DNA of 63,710 nt, counting the filler, from Kipferlia bialata (Eukaryota): assembly GCA_003568945.1 (NCBI GenBank). It is 6 parts of 4 records of this genome, joined end to end, with 100 filler letters (N's around TTAATTAATTAA, not from the genome) between each part and the next. Parts side by side here need not be neighbours in the genome. Positions count along the whole stretch, not along the records: positions 17,635 to 29,239 come from BDIP01000013.1; positions 29,340 to 50,202 come from BDIP01000015.1; 4 more parts are not named here. One strand, written 5' to 3'. A program made the translations under genes and the position numbers. Below the pieces are notes generated by a model, which saw only the letters and a program-made list of their open reading frames with translations, searched no databases and was not told where the DNA came from. Below, piece by piece: positions 28,318-39,852 of this stretch (position 1 is the stretch's first letter; every line of letters begins with the position of its first letter).

Positions 28318-29062
28318 TATATACTCTATGCATATACTATACCTCCTCACTCAGTGGCAGTGTGAATGTGCTGAACCCCAGGTCTATGGTGATGCCCCTT
28401 CTCTTGGACTCGGGGTGCTTGTCAAAGCCTAAGGTTAAGGGTACACATAATATATACAGGTTACAACACATATACATAGAAAGGGAGGATAGCCATTTTG
28501 GACTCGGGGTGCTTGTCAAAGCCTGGGGTTAGACATCAAGATACACATAGGACAGTTAGAGAGACATAGAGAGAGAGAGAGAGAGAGAGAGAGTCCATAT
28601 GCTTGGACTCGGGATGCTTGTCAAAGCCTAAGGGGTAAAAGAGAGGTATATGTAAGAATATGCATAGTCATAGGGGGTGGGGGAGACTGTGTGTAGGACC
28701 CTGGGTGTTATTGACAGGCTAAGTGGGTGGAAGAATCTAGACAGAGAGAGGGGAGGTAGGGCTGTAAGGGAGGAGAGAAACTATGGAAAAGAAAGGAAAG
28801 GGAGAGATAGGAAGAGGGGAAAGGGGGTGGGGTATATAGAGACGGAGAGGGAGGGCGAGAGAGAGAGAGGACACATACACACATCTACCTGCCGTTGAGC
28901 AGTGGACATGGCCCTGGCAGAGAGAGAGAGAGAGAAGAGAGAGTCTAGTATAGTATATAGTCTAGTATATAGAGTATATATATATATGTAGTGTATATCA
29001 TAGCATAGTACCTGCCGTTGAGCAGTGTGTGGACATGGCCCTGGCAGTGGAGGTCTTGCCAC
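22117..29062 (-). CDS. EEFSEC: Selenocysteine-specific elongation factor eEFSec (SelB), many small exons, 5' end cut by contig edge
   Basis: GKTSTARAMSTHCSTAGFDKHPESKRRGITIDLGFS, ITLVDCPGHASLLRTVLGGARIMDLAILVVDGT, GIEAQTVEC and C-terminal SAFGTSGKVKC match eukaryotic eEFSec signatures. TAG at 22117. Confidence 0.88.
27740..28635 (-). repeat. Intronic direct repeats of eEFSec exon ends (exon echoes)
   Basis: Partial copies at about 27750-27795, 28113-28147, 28215-28267, 28497-28522, 28603-28628 around real exons 27867-27935 and 28343-28428. Confidence 0.9.
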
Positions 29063-29239
29063 TGGGGGTGAGAGAGGTGAGGGTATATCATAGAGAGGAA
29101 CAACCAATAGTATCAGTATAGTCAGAGGAGGACAACATACTCTGTTCAGTGGAGGTCTTGCCACTGGGGGTGGGGGGGGGAGAGAGAGAGAGAGAGAGAA
29201 GAGAGATTGAAAGGGAGATGGAGAGGGGGGGGGGGGGGG

Positions 29240-29339
29240 NNNNNNNNNNNNNNNNNNNNNNNNNNNNNNNNNNNNNNNNNNNNTTAATTAATTAANNNNN
29301 NNNNNNNNNNNNNNNNNNNNNNNNNNNNNNNNNNNNNNN
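29240..29339. other. Artificial contig linker
   Basis: N-TTAATTAATTAA-N. Confidence 0.97.
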
Positions 29340-29393
<54 letters not shown>

Positions 29394-29402
29394 TACCCCC
29401 AG

Positions 29403-32400
29403 GTGGGTGTGGACGGTGCCCCAGCAGCCTTCACCTCCTTCCTCGAGGACTTCCTGCCCCTGATATCACCCGATGCCGTGCTGGTGTCAGGGGACCTCAC
29501 AGACGGGGCAGATGACATGACTACGAGGTATATGTATATGTACAAATCTTATATAGTATTGTGTATTCTGGCAAGACAACCAGTATATGAGTCCATATAT
29601 TGAGTATCAGTATAAGATGTCATAGAGATTTACATGGCATGGTAACCAGCTATCGAACCTGGGTAGTAGTTACGATGTTATGTGCTTCATTTTTGGTCTG
29701 GTGTAGAGTCTCTACTAGAGAGACTTACCCCCAGGTACTACAGTGCGATACTGAGTAAGGAGTCCCAGTACACTCTAGATGGAGACACACCCAAGTCAGA
29801 TGACGAGAGTGTGACTGTCCCTGCTGGTTGGAGTGAGTACCGGTCAGAGCTGCTGTCCCATGGGCTGCTCTCCCCCTCCTACACATTGGACGTGAGGGGG
29901 GCACTGGATAGCACCAGACTGACAGGAGTGGACAGTGACTGCAACTACTACTGCGCGTACTCAGCGTCATCCATCAGAGCATCGCACTGCCGCACATACA
30001 GTGGGGAGGACACGGAGGACGAGGAGTCAGTGATAGACACCGCTGGGGACTGGGGGTCACACCCACTGGCATCTGTCTCCTATCCCTCTCCCACAGAGTA
30101 CCAGGCCCTGATAGCATCTGCAGACACATCCCTGGACACAGACGAGTGAGTGGGGTGCATCATCTCTCACTCTCCTATACTCTATGGCTCACACCCCTAT
30201 CCCCTCACTCTCAGGTACGACTCTCTGTTTGCCCACTCTCTGACCCGTCTTGACCACCGTGCTCTAGAGATGGAGGGGGGATGGGTGGGGAGTGAGGCGT
30301 CGGATCGCCTCCTGCCCCTGTTTCTGGAGGTGCCGTACTCAGGCACAGGGATAGGGGCTGAGGGGATAGATACCATCAGGTATGCAGTGCTGGATCAGTG
30401 CTGAGTGGATGTCTTAGTATCGCATATATGAGCCGTGTCTTCCTCACCCCCTAGGTACCAGATCCTGGGTGTAGACAACTCGCCCTACCCTGGTATGGCC
30501 CCTGGGCTCAGCACCATGCCTGTGATGGCCCCTGTATTACTGGAGTCCACACACGATGTCCTGTCACACATGGGGGATGGAACAGGGGTACCCTCCTCCA
30601 CCCTGGCCATACCCCCTGTCACAGTCAGTCCACATGGGATAGGGGCCCTGGCCAACCCCTCAGACCTCGCAGACATCCTCCACACACACAAGGTTCCACT
30701 CCACCTATCAGCCGCCACAGTCCTGGGCCAGGTCAGCAGGTGGGTGCAGAGTGTATGTGAGAGTGTGTCTCTTGGTAATTGTATTGGTATACACTGCTTC
30801 TGACCCTGTAGGTGGGGTCCCTGTCTCTCTGTGGCCACTGTCTCTGCCAGCTCATCATCCTTTGCCAGGACCACTCTAGTGGCCTTTGACGGTCCATTAC
30901 TAGGTGTCACCTCTATTAGGCTGGACGAGGACACCCTTAGTAAGCCCATTGTGACAGTGATCAGCCCCATGGAGGCATCTGTGGTGTCGTTCGACTACCA
31001 GCGCAGAGCACAGTTTGAGTTGGTACCCTACACCCCCGATGAGGGTGAGGGGGAGGGTGTTGATGAGGATAACCCCTCCTTCGTGACTGCCCTCCATATC
31101 AGAGTGTTGGTGCACAGCAGTGACCACATATCCAGTGTGGAGTACGGACTGGACGGGGGTCTCTTTGGCGATGTGACCTACACCCCTTTGGACTACGCAG
31201 GGGACAGGGCGCAGAGGACACTCACTGCCCCAGAAGTGGCCGAGGACCCCCCTGGGGTAGGCCCCTCCAGTGACACTGGGTCATATCTCTACCAGGGCAT
31301 GTGGGCTGACTACCCGGCCTCTGATGGGACCCACACCTTAGTGCTCAGGGTCAATGTCACGTCTGTAGTGCCGGACACTGAGTCTGCCACATGCCTCACA
31401 GAGGGAGAGGGAGAGGGTACTGGGGAGTGCAGCAAGTCTGTTGTTGTCTCCCACGAGTACTCCCATGACTTCACCACTCTCTCCAACACCCCCTCCCCCG
31501 TCAACTCCCTGGATACCACCTGGTTCGGCATGGTGTCAGGCTCCATACACCCTGGCCAGACATACAGACTCATCTACTTTGTGTGTGTGGGGTTCTCCTT
31601 GGTCACCATAGTCATTCCAAGGCTGCTCTGGGTGCCGTATCTACGGTCATCGGCTGAGATATCGGCGGTGTACGCCACATCCCTCGACACAAACGCCCAG
31701 GTAACTACTGTCACAAATACGTATTGACTCTCTTCCCCCTCTCACACTGGTTTCTTACCCCTCAGGAGGTGCGATACTCTCTGGCAGACACAGAGAAGGG
31801 GTTCAGAGCGTACCACCTAGCCCGGTATCGGTATCAGTATGCCAAGATGTACGTGCTGTGTGCAGAGCACCTGCATCGGACGATGCTGACCAAGGGCGAC
31901 CAGCTGACCTTTGCTCTGCTTGAGAGGGGCAGGATAGAGAAGAGGAAGAAGAAGAGGCGGAGGCAGCGCAAGCAGACGAGGGAGAGAGAGAGAGAGCTGG
32001 AGGCTGCCTCCAAGACCCTGCCCAGGACCCTCTCCCGCACCCGGTCTGCCTCTGAGATCAGTCTGGGCCTAGACAAGGGGGACATCGATAGCATAGACCT
32101 CGCTCCCTCCACAAACATGTCAAGGTGTGTGTAGTAGTGTGTTCCCCAACTATGCACTGTATGTATGGATACTTCAGCTCCATCCCCCTCACCCCAGGTT
32201 CTTCCTGTCCAGTGAGTCCACTGGGGCTGAGCCGCAGTGCCTCCACACATTCTCGGTCAGTGCTGCCCAGCAGCCTCTGAGGTAACACCTCTAGCAGTGT
32301 CTCAGTATATACTCTCCCTTCCTCACGTCTTACCCCCCAGGCAGCGTCTGAAATGCTTCACCGACCCAGACTACAACCCCTATGGCAGTGAGCCCTCCTT

Positions 32401-33394
32401 AAGGCATGTCCTGTGGGACCTGCCCCCTGTGCGGTGGCTGGAGGACAAGGCGGTGCTCTTCATGTGCAGGAGAATGGGGACCCCGATGCCTTTGGTACGC
32501 AGATGTATATGTATTTGTGAATATACGTTGTCTGATAAGAGTATCACCCACCCCTGACCACCCAGGTGTTTGTGTGCCTGGTCCTGCCCTTCTGCCCCCA
32601 CCTGATAGGCAGTGTGGCAGCTGGGAGTGGGTGGGCCAAGCCGGGCATAGCGGCACTGGGTGATGCCGAGTATGCACCCCTGGGCGTGACATACTTCCTG
32701 GGGTGTCTGGTGTACATGCTGGCCATCTTCCCTATCGACTCATACTCCCTAATCAGTGGCAGGTTCCTTCTAGCCACTCCCCCTGACCTCTGGCTGTCAT
32801 CCAGGGCAGAGCAGGTGAGTAGTGTATGTATACATATGTAGTCTAGTATACTAGTAGAGACTGGCTCTGACCCCCCAGGTGTCTGACATTCTGTTCCCAA
32901 GGGGAAGGTTCACATCCACCTTCCCAGAGGCTATGGATCGAGAGAGGAGGAGGGAGAGACCCAGGCCCATCGACGTCAGGCAACACATATCAGCAGAGCC
33001 AGAGAGAGAGAGGAAGACGCACAGCCGCAAGGGCTCCTCCGTGGCCACCTCCTTTGACAGGAGTGACGCTGCGTCAGAGACGGACGGGGCATCGGCCAAT
33101 GCACTGCTCAGACCCACCCGGACAGAGGACGAGCTCATGGTGACACCCAACCCCACCCTGGCATCGGTCAAGAGCCAGTGGGTGAGGTATCGCAAGCTGT
33201 CTCCGTCCAGGATTTCTAGGGAGTTTATCGGGGTGGTGCACATATTCATTGCCCTCCTGGGGTGTGTCATGCTGTGTGTGGAGTCAGAGAGCAGTGCTGG
33301 CACACAGGGGCTCCTCATATCCCCTATTGCGCTACCCCTCACCCTCCTCCTCGCCCTATCAGTTGTGGGTAGGGTCAGGTCGGGCAGGCAGTGA
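29403..33394 (+). CDS. TMEM62: TMEM62-like protein (metallophosphoesterase-fold domain + Ig-like region + C-terminal TM helices), 5' incomplete
   Basis: FLPLISPDAVLVSGDLTDG, WSEY...LDVRGALD, ILGVDNSPYPG, LHIRVLVHSSDHISSVEYGLDG follow the TMEM62 motif order. Multiple C-terminal TM segments. TGA 33394. Confidence 0.7.
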
Positions 33395-33721
33395 GTGCAG
33401 ATCACTGTTGGTATCAGATGCGTTCTGTTTTTGGAACCATTCTTCGTTTTCGCGCATCCTCGTTAATGGGTGCGTGTCATCTCAGTTTGGACTGAGTCTT
33501 TTCGTACATGCTTCGTGGTTGGGCGTATGTGTAAACGTCTTACTTACGCGGTTCAAGGTTTATAGATTTGTGAGTTGAAATAAGGGTTTAGGTATAGAGA
33601 GACGCAAAAATTCAGCGTTCAGTGAAGCTGACTAAAATCACCATCGCTCTCACATTCAACTGCCTTGGGAAGAGAGAGGGGTGAGTATTGGTGCTTCTTG
33701 GAGCACTACTAAGAAGGAAGG

Positions 33722-35373
33722 ATGCAGTATGGCGATCCAGACCAGTACGCTGAGTCTGTACAAGGGCATCCTGACCTGGCGTTGAGCCAGACCCAGTTTG
33801 AGGACGTAGAGGAGCCCGTAGAGGAGCCCAGTGCTGTCACAGGGGATGTTGTGCTTTCAGGTCCATGTGAGAAGCTCACCAAGGGGCTTATCAGCAAGTG
33901 GAGGCCCAAGTGGCTGATTCTGACTGCCGATGCTCTGTTTGTGTGCCCCCTGCTGGAGAACTGCCCAGAGCTCAAGCCCAACGAGGCCCTGGCCAAGGCA
34001 ATTGCTCTCTCTCCTGAGCACACAGCCACTGAGGTTGTTGCCGCTGGGCACAAGCTGACCAAGCAGCGCACACACATTATGCAGCTGTCTGTGGAGGGTA
34101 CCAAGACCTGGTTCAGCTTTGCCACTGCCATTGAGGTGCAGGACTGGACAGACGCAGTGGTCAGGAGACACGAGAGTGTGGTGGTGAGGCCCCCAGGATC
34201 TGCAATGGCCCTGTCTAAGCTCTCACAGCTGGCAGAATACGGAGCAGGTATGTATCAGTGTGTATTGTTTGTACTGGCTTGTGATTGTGTGTTGCTTCTT
34301 AGCACCTGTAAGAGATATTGCAGTTAGAACACGTCCTCTTTACGCCAACGTGGGAGAATGCTGTGTATTACCCCCCCCCCCCCCTTTCTCTCTTACCCCC
34401 CTAACATGCAGGCCGTGCCCCGAGTGACGGCGTGATGGTGATGAGACCATACGGGCTGAACGAGGAGGGCAACCCAGTGGAGAACGAGACCCCCATCAGA
34501 GATCCCGAGGCAGAGGGTGCTATATCCGAAGGGGGGGAGACCGCCTATGACTTCAACGAGCAGTACCAGGCCTATGTGGATGAGTGGGCCGCCCTGCCCC
34601 CCAACCTGTCTGATCAGGAGCTGGCACAGCGCACCATGGAGCTCAGCACAGGTGGGGTGGTACTTGTATGGGTATTGATACTCCTACGGTGTATGATTAT
34701 TTCCATACTGTATGGAACCACTTGTACATGTTTCTGATAGTCACTGGGGGCTTGGTATACTCATCCGCCCTTGTGGACTTTGCTGGTCTCTCTCTCTCTC
34801 TCTCTCTCTCTCCCCTTCTCCCCCCTCTACATATCTAGCCTCACTCCCAGGCATGGCCCGTGTGATGCGTCAGTTTGCGGCCTTCTGCACCCTGCGTGCC
34901 CGGCTGATAGTGGACGAGATGTCTCTGAGGCCGGACGAGGCCTCCACCCCGGCTGTTGTGCCTGAGGGGGAGGAGCCCGGCCCCACATACTGGCCCGACA
35001 CCTGGGCCTGCGATGGAGTGCTGTACAGAGTGGCCCAGGGGGATGTCAACACCACCCTGGCTGCCCACCCCCTTGACCCATATGCTCAGCAGCAGGGGAT
35101 GGGGATGGGGATGGACCCCAACATGGGAGGCATGGGAGGGATGGGAGGGATGCCTGGTGGGGGGTACGATCCCTTCAACCAGGGCTTCAACAACCCCTTC
35201 CCCGGCATGGGTGATGGGGCAGAGGACCCCGACGCTGTGGACGGGGCTGCCCAGGCTGAGAAGGACACGGTGCCCATGCAGATTGCCATGCACGAGCTGG
35301 GGGGAGTGAGTGCATACCTCTCTGCCCATGTGGAGGGCCTGCACCCACCCCTCATGTGTCTGGTGGACCACAG
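33722..35373 (+). CDS. PH domain + Clu domain protein, 3' part missing
   Basis: SGPCEKLTKGLISKWRPKWLILT...EVQDWTDAV (PH). DFNEQYQ...F...ARLIVDE...DGVLYRVA...IAMHELGGVSAY...LHPPLMCLVDHR (Clu-type motifs). Confidence 0.65.
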
Positions 35374-35442
35374 GTATTGGTTGTACATGATACATGCATA
35401 TATAAGCAGTCACTTGTGTGTATATCAGGATGATATCATCCC

Positions 35443-35489
<47 letters not shown>

Positions 35490-35630
35490 ATTCCCAACCT
35501 CCTTTTGCCTATAGGGTATCATTTCATCCTACCCCAGTCCTCCAAGTACAAGACCATGCACATACACTTACAGTATAAGTATTCATATATACGGTCATGA
35601 ATATGTATATATCTGTCTATCTCACCCCAG

Positions 35631-38600
35631 TCCTCCAAGTACAAGACCATGTACGACAGGCGTCTCAGGAGTCTCCAGTTCTCAGACAGGTAAGCGTGTC
35701 ATATATATTGTTTATAATGGAATTTCATATGTATATATTGTGTGTGTATTGAACTATTCTTATTGGTGTTAGTTTGGAACCTGCTCAGGTATATAATACA
35801 TTAGTGATGTATAGTATGTACCTTACCCCAGGCTGACCAGGCTCCTTGGGTCAGGGTATGTGCAATACATTTATAGTATGCATATACATATGTATATATA
35901 CACATATGCAAATGGGTATATACTCACCCCAGGCTGACCAGGCTCCTTGGGTCAGGGTATATATATATGTGTATTTGTAAGTACACAACTAGATGATATT
36001 CAATTTCTATCGTCCCCACCACCAGGCTGACTAGGCTCCTGGGGTCAGGGTATGTGGAGTACATGGGGGAGGACACACGGTGGGGGGGGAAGCAGCTCAT
36101 CACAAGGGGGAGGTACAGACAGTGATACACACTCGTATATATATATGTGTGTATGTATGTATATATATATATATATATATATATAGGGGAAGCAGCTCAT
36201 CACAATGGGGAGGTACAGATGCTGATACACACTCGTATATGTATATATGTATGTATATATTTATATATACACATAGGAGAAGCAGCTCATCACACGGGGG
36301 AGGTGGGGCCGATATGTAGTGAGTCACACTGCTCAGATTATGGGTGTATAATCCTTTTGTCTATCCCTCTCACCCTAGTGAGGACTTTGGCCCTGTCAAG
36401 CACTGTGGGGAGAAGATACTTGCAGAGAGGTGAGCTGTAGTGAATCAATAGTATTCAACTTCCTGTCTCTCTCTCCTTCAATCTAAGTCACCCCACCCTG
36501 ATCCGTTCTCTGCAGTACATGCACTTTGATACATCTACTTGTACCTTAGATATGTACACATACACTCCTTGACCCCAGTCTGATCCAGTCTCTGGAGTGC
36601 ATGGTCTTACATATGTGTTAATTACTATAACTATTGCATCTGTATATTTGTATATATATACTGACCCCAGCCTCATCCAGTCCCTGGAGTGCATGCAGGA
36701 TGCAGACATGGGCACAGAGGACGCAAAGGGTATGAATAGTTTTAATAGTGTTTTATATGTATATTTATAGTACTAATCACATATATATGGTTGTTATTGT
36801 AATATATATGAGTGGCACAGAAGACGCATAGGGTTTGTTTGTATAGTGACAATATATATAGTACTCATTTGTTACGGTATGTATTCATTCACAGTGGTAC
36901 CCTCAGCCCTCACACTCATTATTGCAGGCTGCTCTGACCATTGTTACTATGTGTGTGTTTGTATGTGTATATATTCATACTTACCCCCCAGACTCCTTCC
37001 ATGCCAGGAGGGATGCCCTAGCTAAGTGGGCCAGGGGGAGGTTCCAGACAGAGAAGGCAGAGGTATATATGAATATATATATTCATATATATACACATAG
37101 ATATGTACATTTACTTGGTAATAGTATATATATGGGGGAGGTTCCAGACAGAGAAGGCAGAGGTACACTTACATAGTATATACTATGTAACGCAGATAAT
37201 AGGTACATGCACTACTGCACATACCTCACCCAGGTTCAGGCTGACAATAATGCTGATATGTATACATATATCAAGGGTGTATTCTGTATGCAATATCCCC
37301 ATGCTCATGACCCAGGTTGAGGCCGACGAGCACATCGCTGCTGCCATGGCCTCTGACACCCATACCCTGTGCATCAGCAACGACACAGACATGATACTCG
37401 GGAAGGTATGTGTCTGTCTCTCTAACACGATTCATATTGGGACCATATATATCTCTCTACACGTCAACCCATGGTGTCTTCACTACCATACCTCCCACAA
37501 TATATGTTACAATGTATATAATAATATACTTTATATATGATATATACTATACATGGTTCTCCTCACATCCAGAACTCCCGTGTGTGCCGTGTGGACGATG
37601 TCATCAAGGCCTTTGCATGTGGCACAGAGATACCCGTGTACACATCCAAGTACCTGTCACAGAGGGTGCTGGGGTGCAGGGAGGTACGGTAGTAATAGGA
37701 CATATTGCATCAATCACTATAGTGGACCTCCTCTCTTTACTTTCGTCATTCACCCTAGGACATGCTCCCCATTGTGTCCTGGGCATGCTTCAACGACACA
37801 ACCTCGGTACGGTGTATGGATACTACATACATATATGCACATCAGAGAGAGACCTTCCCCCTACCACTATCCTTCCAATGACACGTGTACATTATACATG
37901 AGTCCAGAGAGTACTTGTCCCCCCTCCCACCACAGCACATGCGCCCCCTTCTCTCTGCCTTCTGGACTGAGTACGACACGGTGTCAGCCACCCACCCAAT
38001 TGAGGGTGTGAGAGAGAGGGGACCCGACCAGCGTAGGGTGACTGCTCGCACCGGGCCCAACAGGGGAAGTGCAGGGTGGGGTGCCAACAGGGGTACTGGG
38101 CAGACACATGCCAGGCAGAGAGGGGGAGCCAACGATAGGAGAGGCGGGTACGGGGGTGGGATGAACAGGCAGCAGCAGCAGCCAAACAACCACTTCAGGT
38201 ACAGTACAGTATGTGGTATATGGTATGGTACAATGTGATTCATATCCGTGGTGTGTCTCACACTCTCACTGTAGGTCCACCCCCACCCTCACTGGAGGGA
38301 GGATGCTGCTGGCCAGTCTATACCCAGCTGGGGATCAGGTATGCATGGACATGTACAGGCACATATATCAACACGATTCATGAGTACTGCCTATCGATAT
38401 TGAGCGAATGAAAGGAGTATGTGTGTCTACTTTAGTGAATGTACCCTCTATTCCCATGCCCCTGCTCTACTCACCCCTAGGTCGGCAGGGACCACAGGGT
38501 GGGAGAGCGCCACATGGCAGTCGGGAAGTACGTACCACATTTAGAGCGTTCTATATCCTATACCCTTTCATGAATATATTGTTGGGGATAATTCCTCTAT

Positions 38601-39821
38601 AGTCTCCCTGTCACCTCTCTACCGCTTACATATGTATTATTGCTCTGTATGTAGTGTGCAGTCTCAACACCACATGCACCACATGCACCGCATATACATC
38701 TGATTATGTATACATATTATATGTATTGAATTTTTTTTGTTATATATGTATTACTCCATATACATTGTCACTCACCCCCCCAGGTGGTGCAGCCTCAACA
38801 CCACATGCACCCAGGCCAACCACCCCTTTGTGAGGGTGCTCGCAGAGGACAGGTTCAGGAGGTACTTGGCCTGCTATCACGTGTGTCACACACAAAACCA
38901 TACCTTGTTTCTCTCTCCGATATTTAGTGTATTGGTATTACTTCTCAGAGGACAGGTTCAGAAGGCATTGATATCCACACACCTCCTTCTTGCAGCTGTA
39001 GACAATTCGGAAGGGTGTAAAGTGAGGTGTATCTATTTCTCTCATTCCAACCCCAGCCTTGCCGTTGCCCTTGTCTGCACATACAGAGACCTGCAGTACC
39101 CTTTGCCAGAGACACTAGTGCAGTACCTGCCAGCAGATGAGGTGGCCCCTACAGTACCCACTCCCTCTGTGGAGGAGGAGAGAGAGGACGGTGGGACCCT
39201 GTCCCTTCTGCCACCCACAGCTGACACGGCACAGGAACACGAGGTATACAACTCCTAACACATGCTGATATATGCAGTCTAAGGACCGTTGCTATTGGAT
39301 ACTTCTCACCTTAGGCTGCCTGCTTGGCCTTTGGTGTCAGTGCTGCAGCTAAGGGAGAGACACACGTCCCAGACGTCAGCATGGCACACAAGGAACAGGT
39401 ATATATATATCTATCATGACTTACAAGAGTCGTGTATGTAATTTTATGTATTTAACAATATGGCACACAAGGAACAGGTATAGTCGCAGTAATCCCCATA
39501 TATATCCAAATGTAACTAACTTTCGCTTTTCACCTTGCCCCTCACCCCAGCACACCCTGCTGGCACAAGCCCTGGCTGACTGTGAGTGCGGCATAGCATC
39601 CACCATGGACACGAGGTATGTATGCATACATATATATATGTGTATATTGGAGATGGTATCCATATTGTAGGTGATATGTATATGAGTACATAGAGTTTAG
39701 GTCATAGCTCACCCCAGGGGCTTCAGGTCCAAGTATGTATATAAGTGATAAGTATATGCATTGGTTCAACTAACCCCAGGGGCTTCATGTCCAAGTATAT
39801 GATATATGATAGGTGATATAC

Positions 39822-39852
<31 letters not shown>

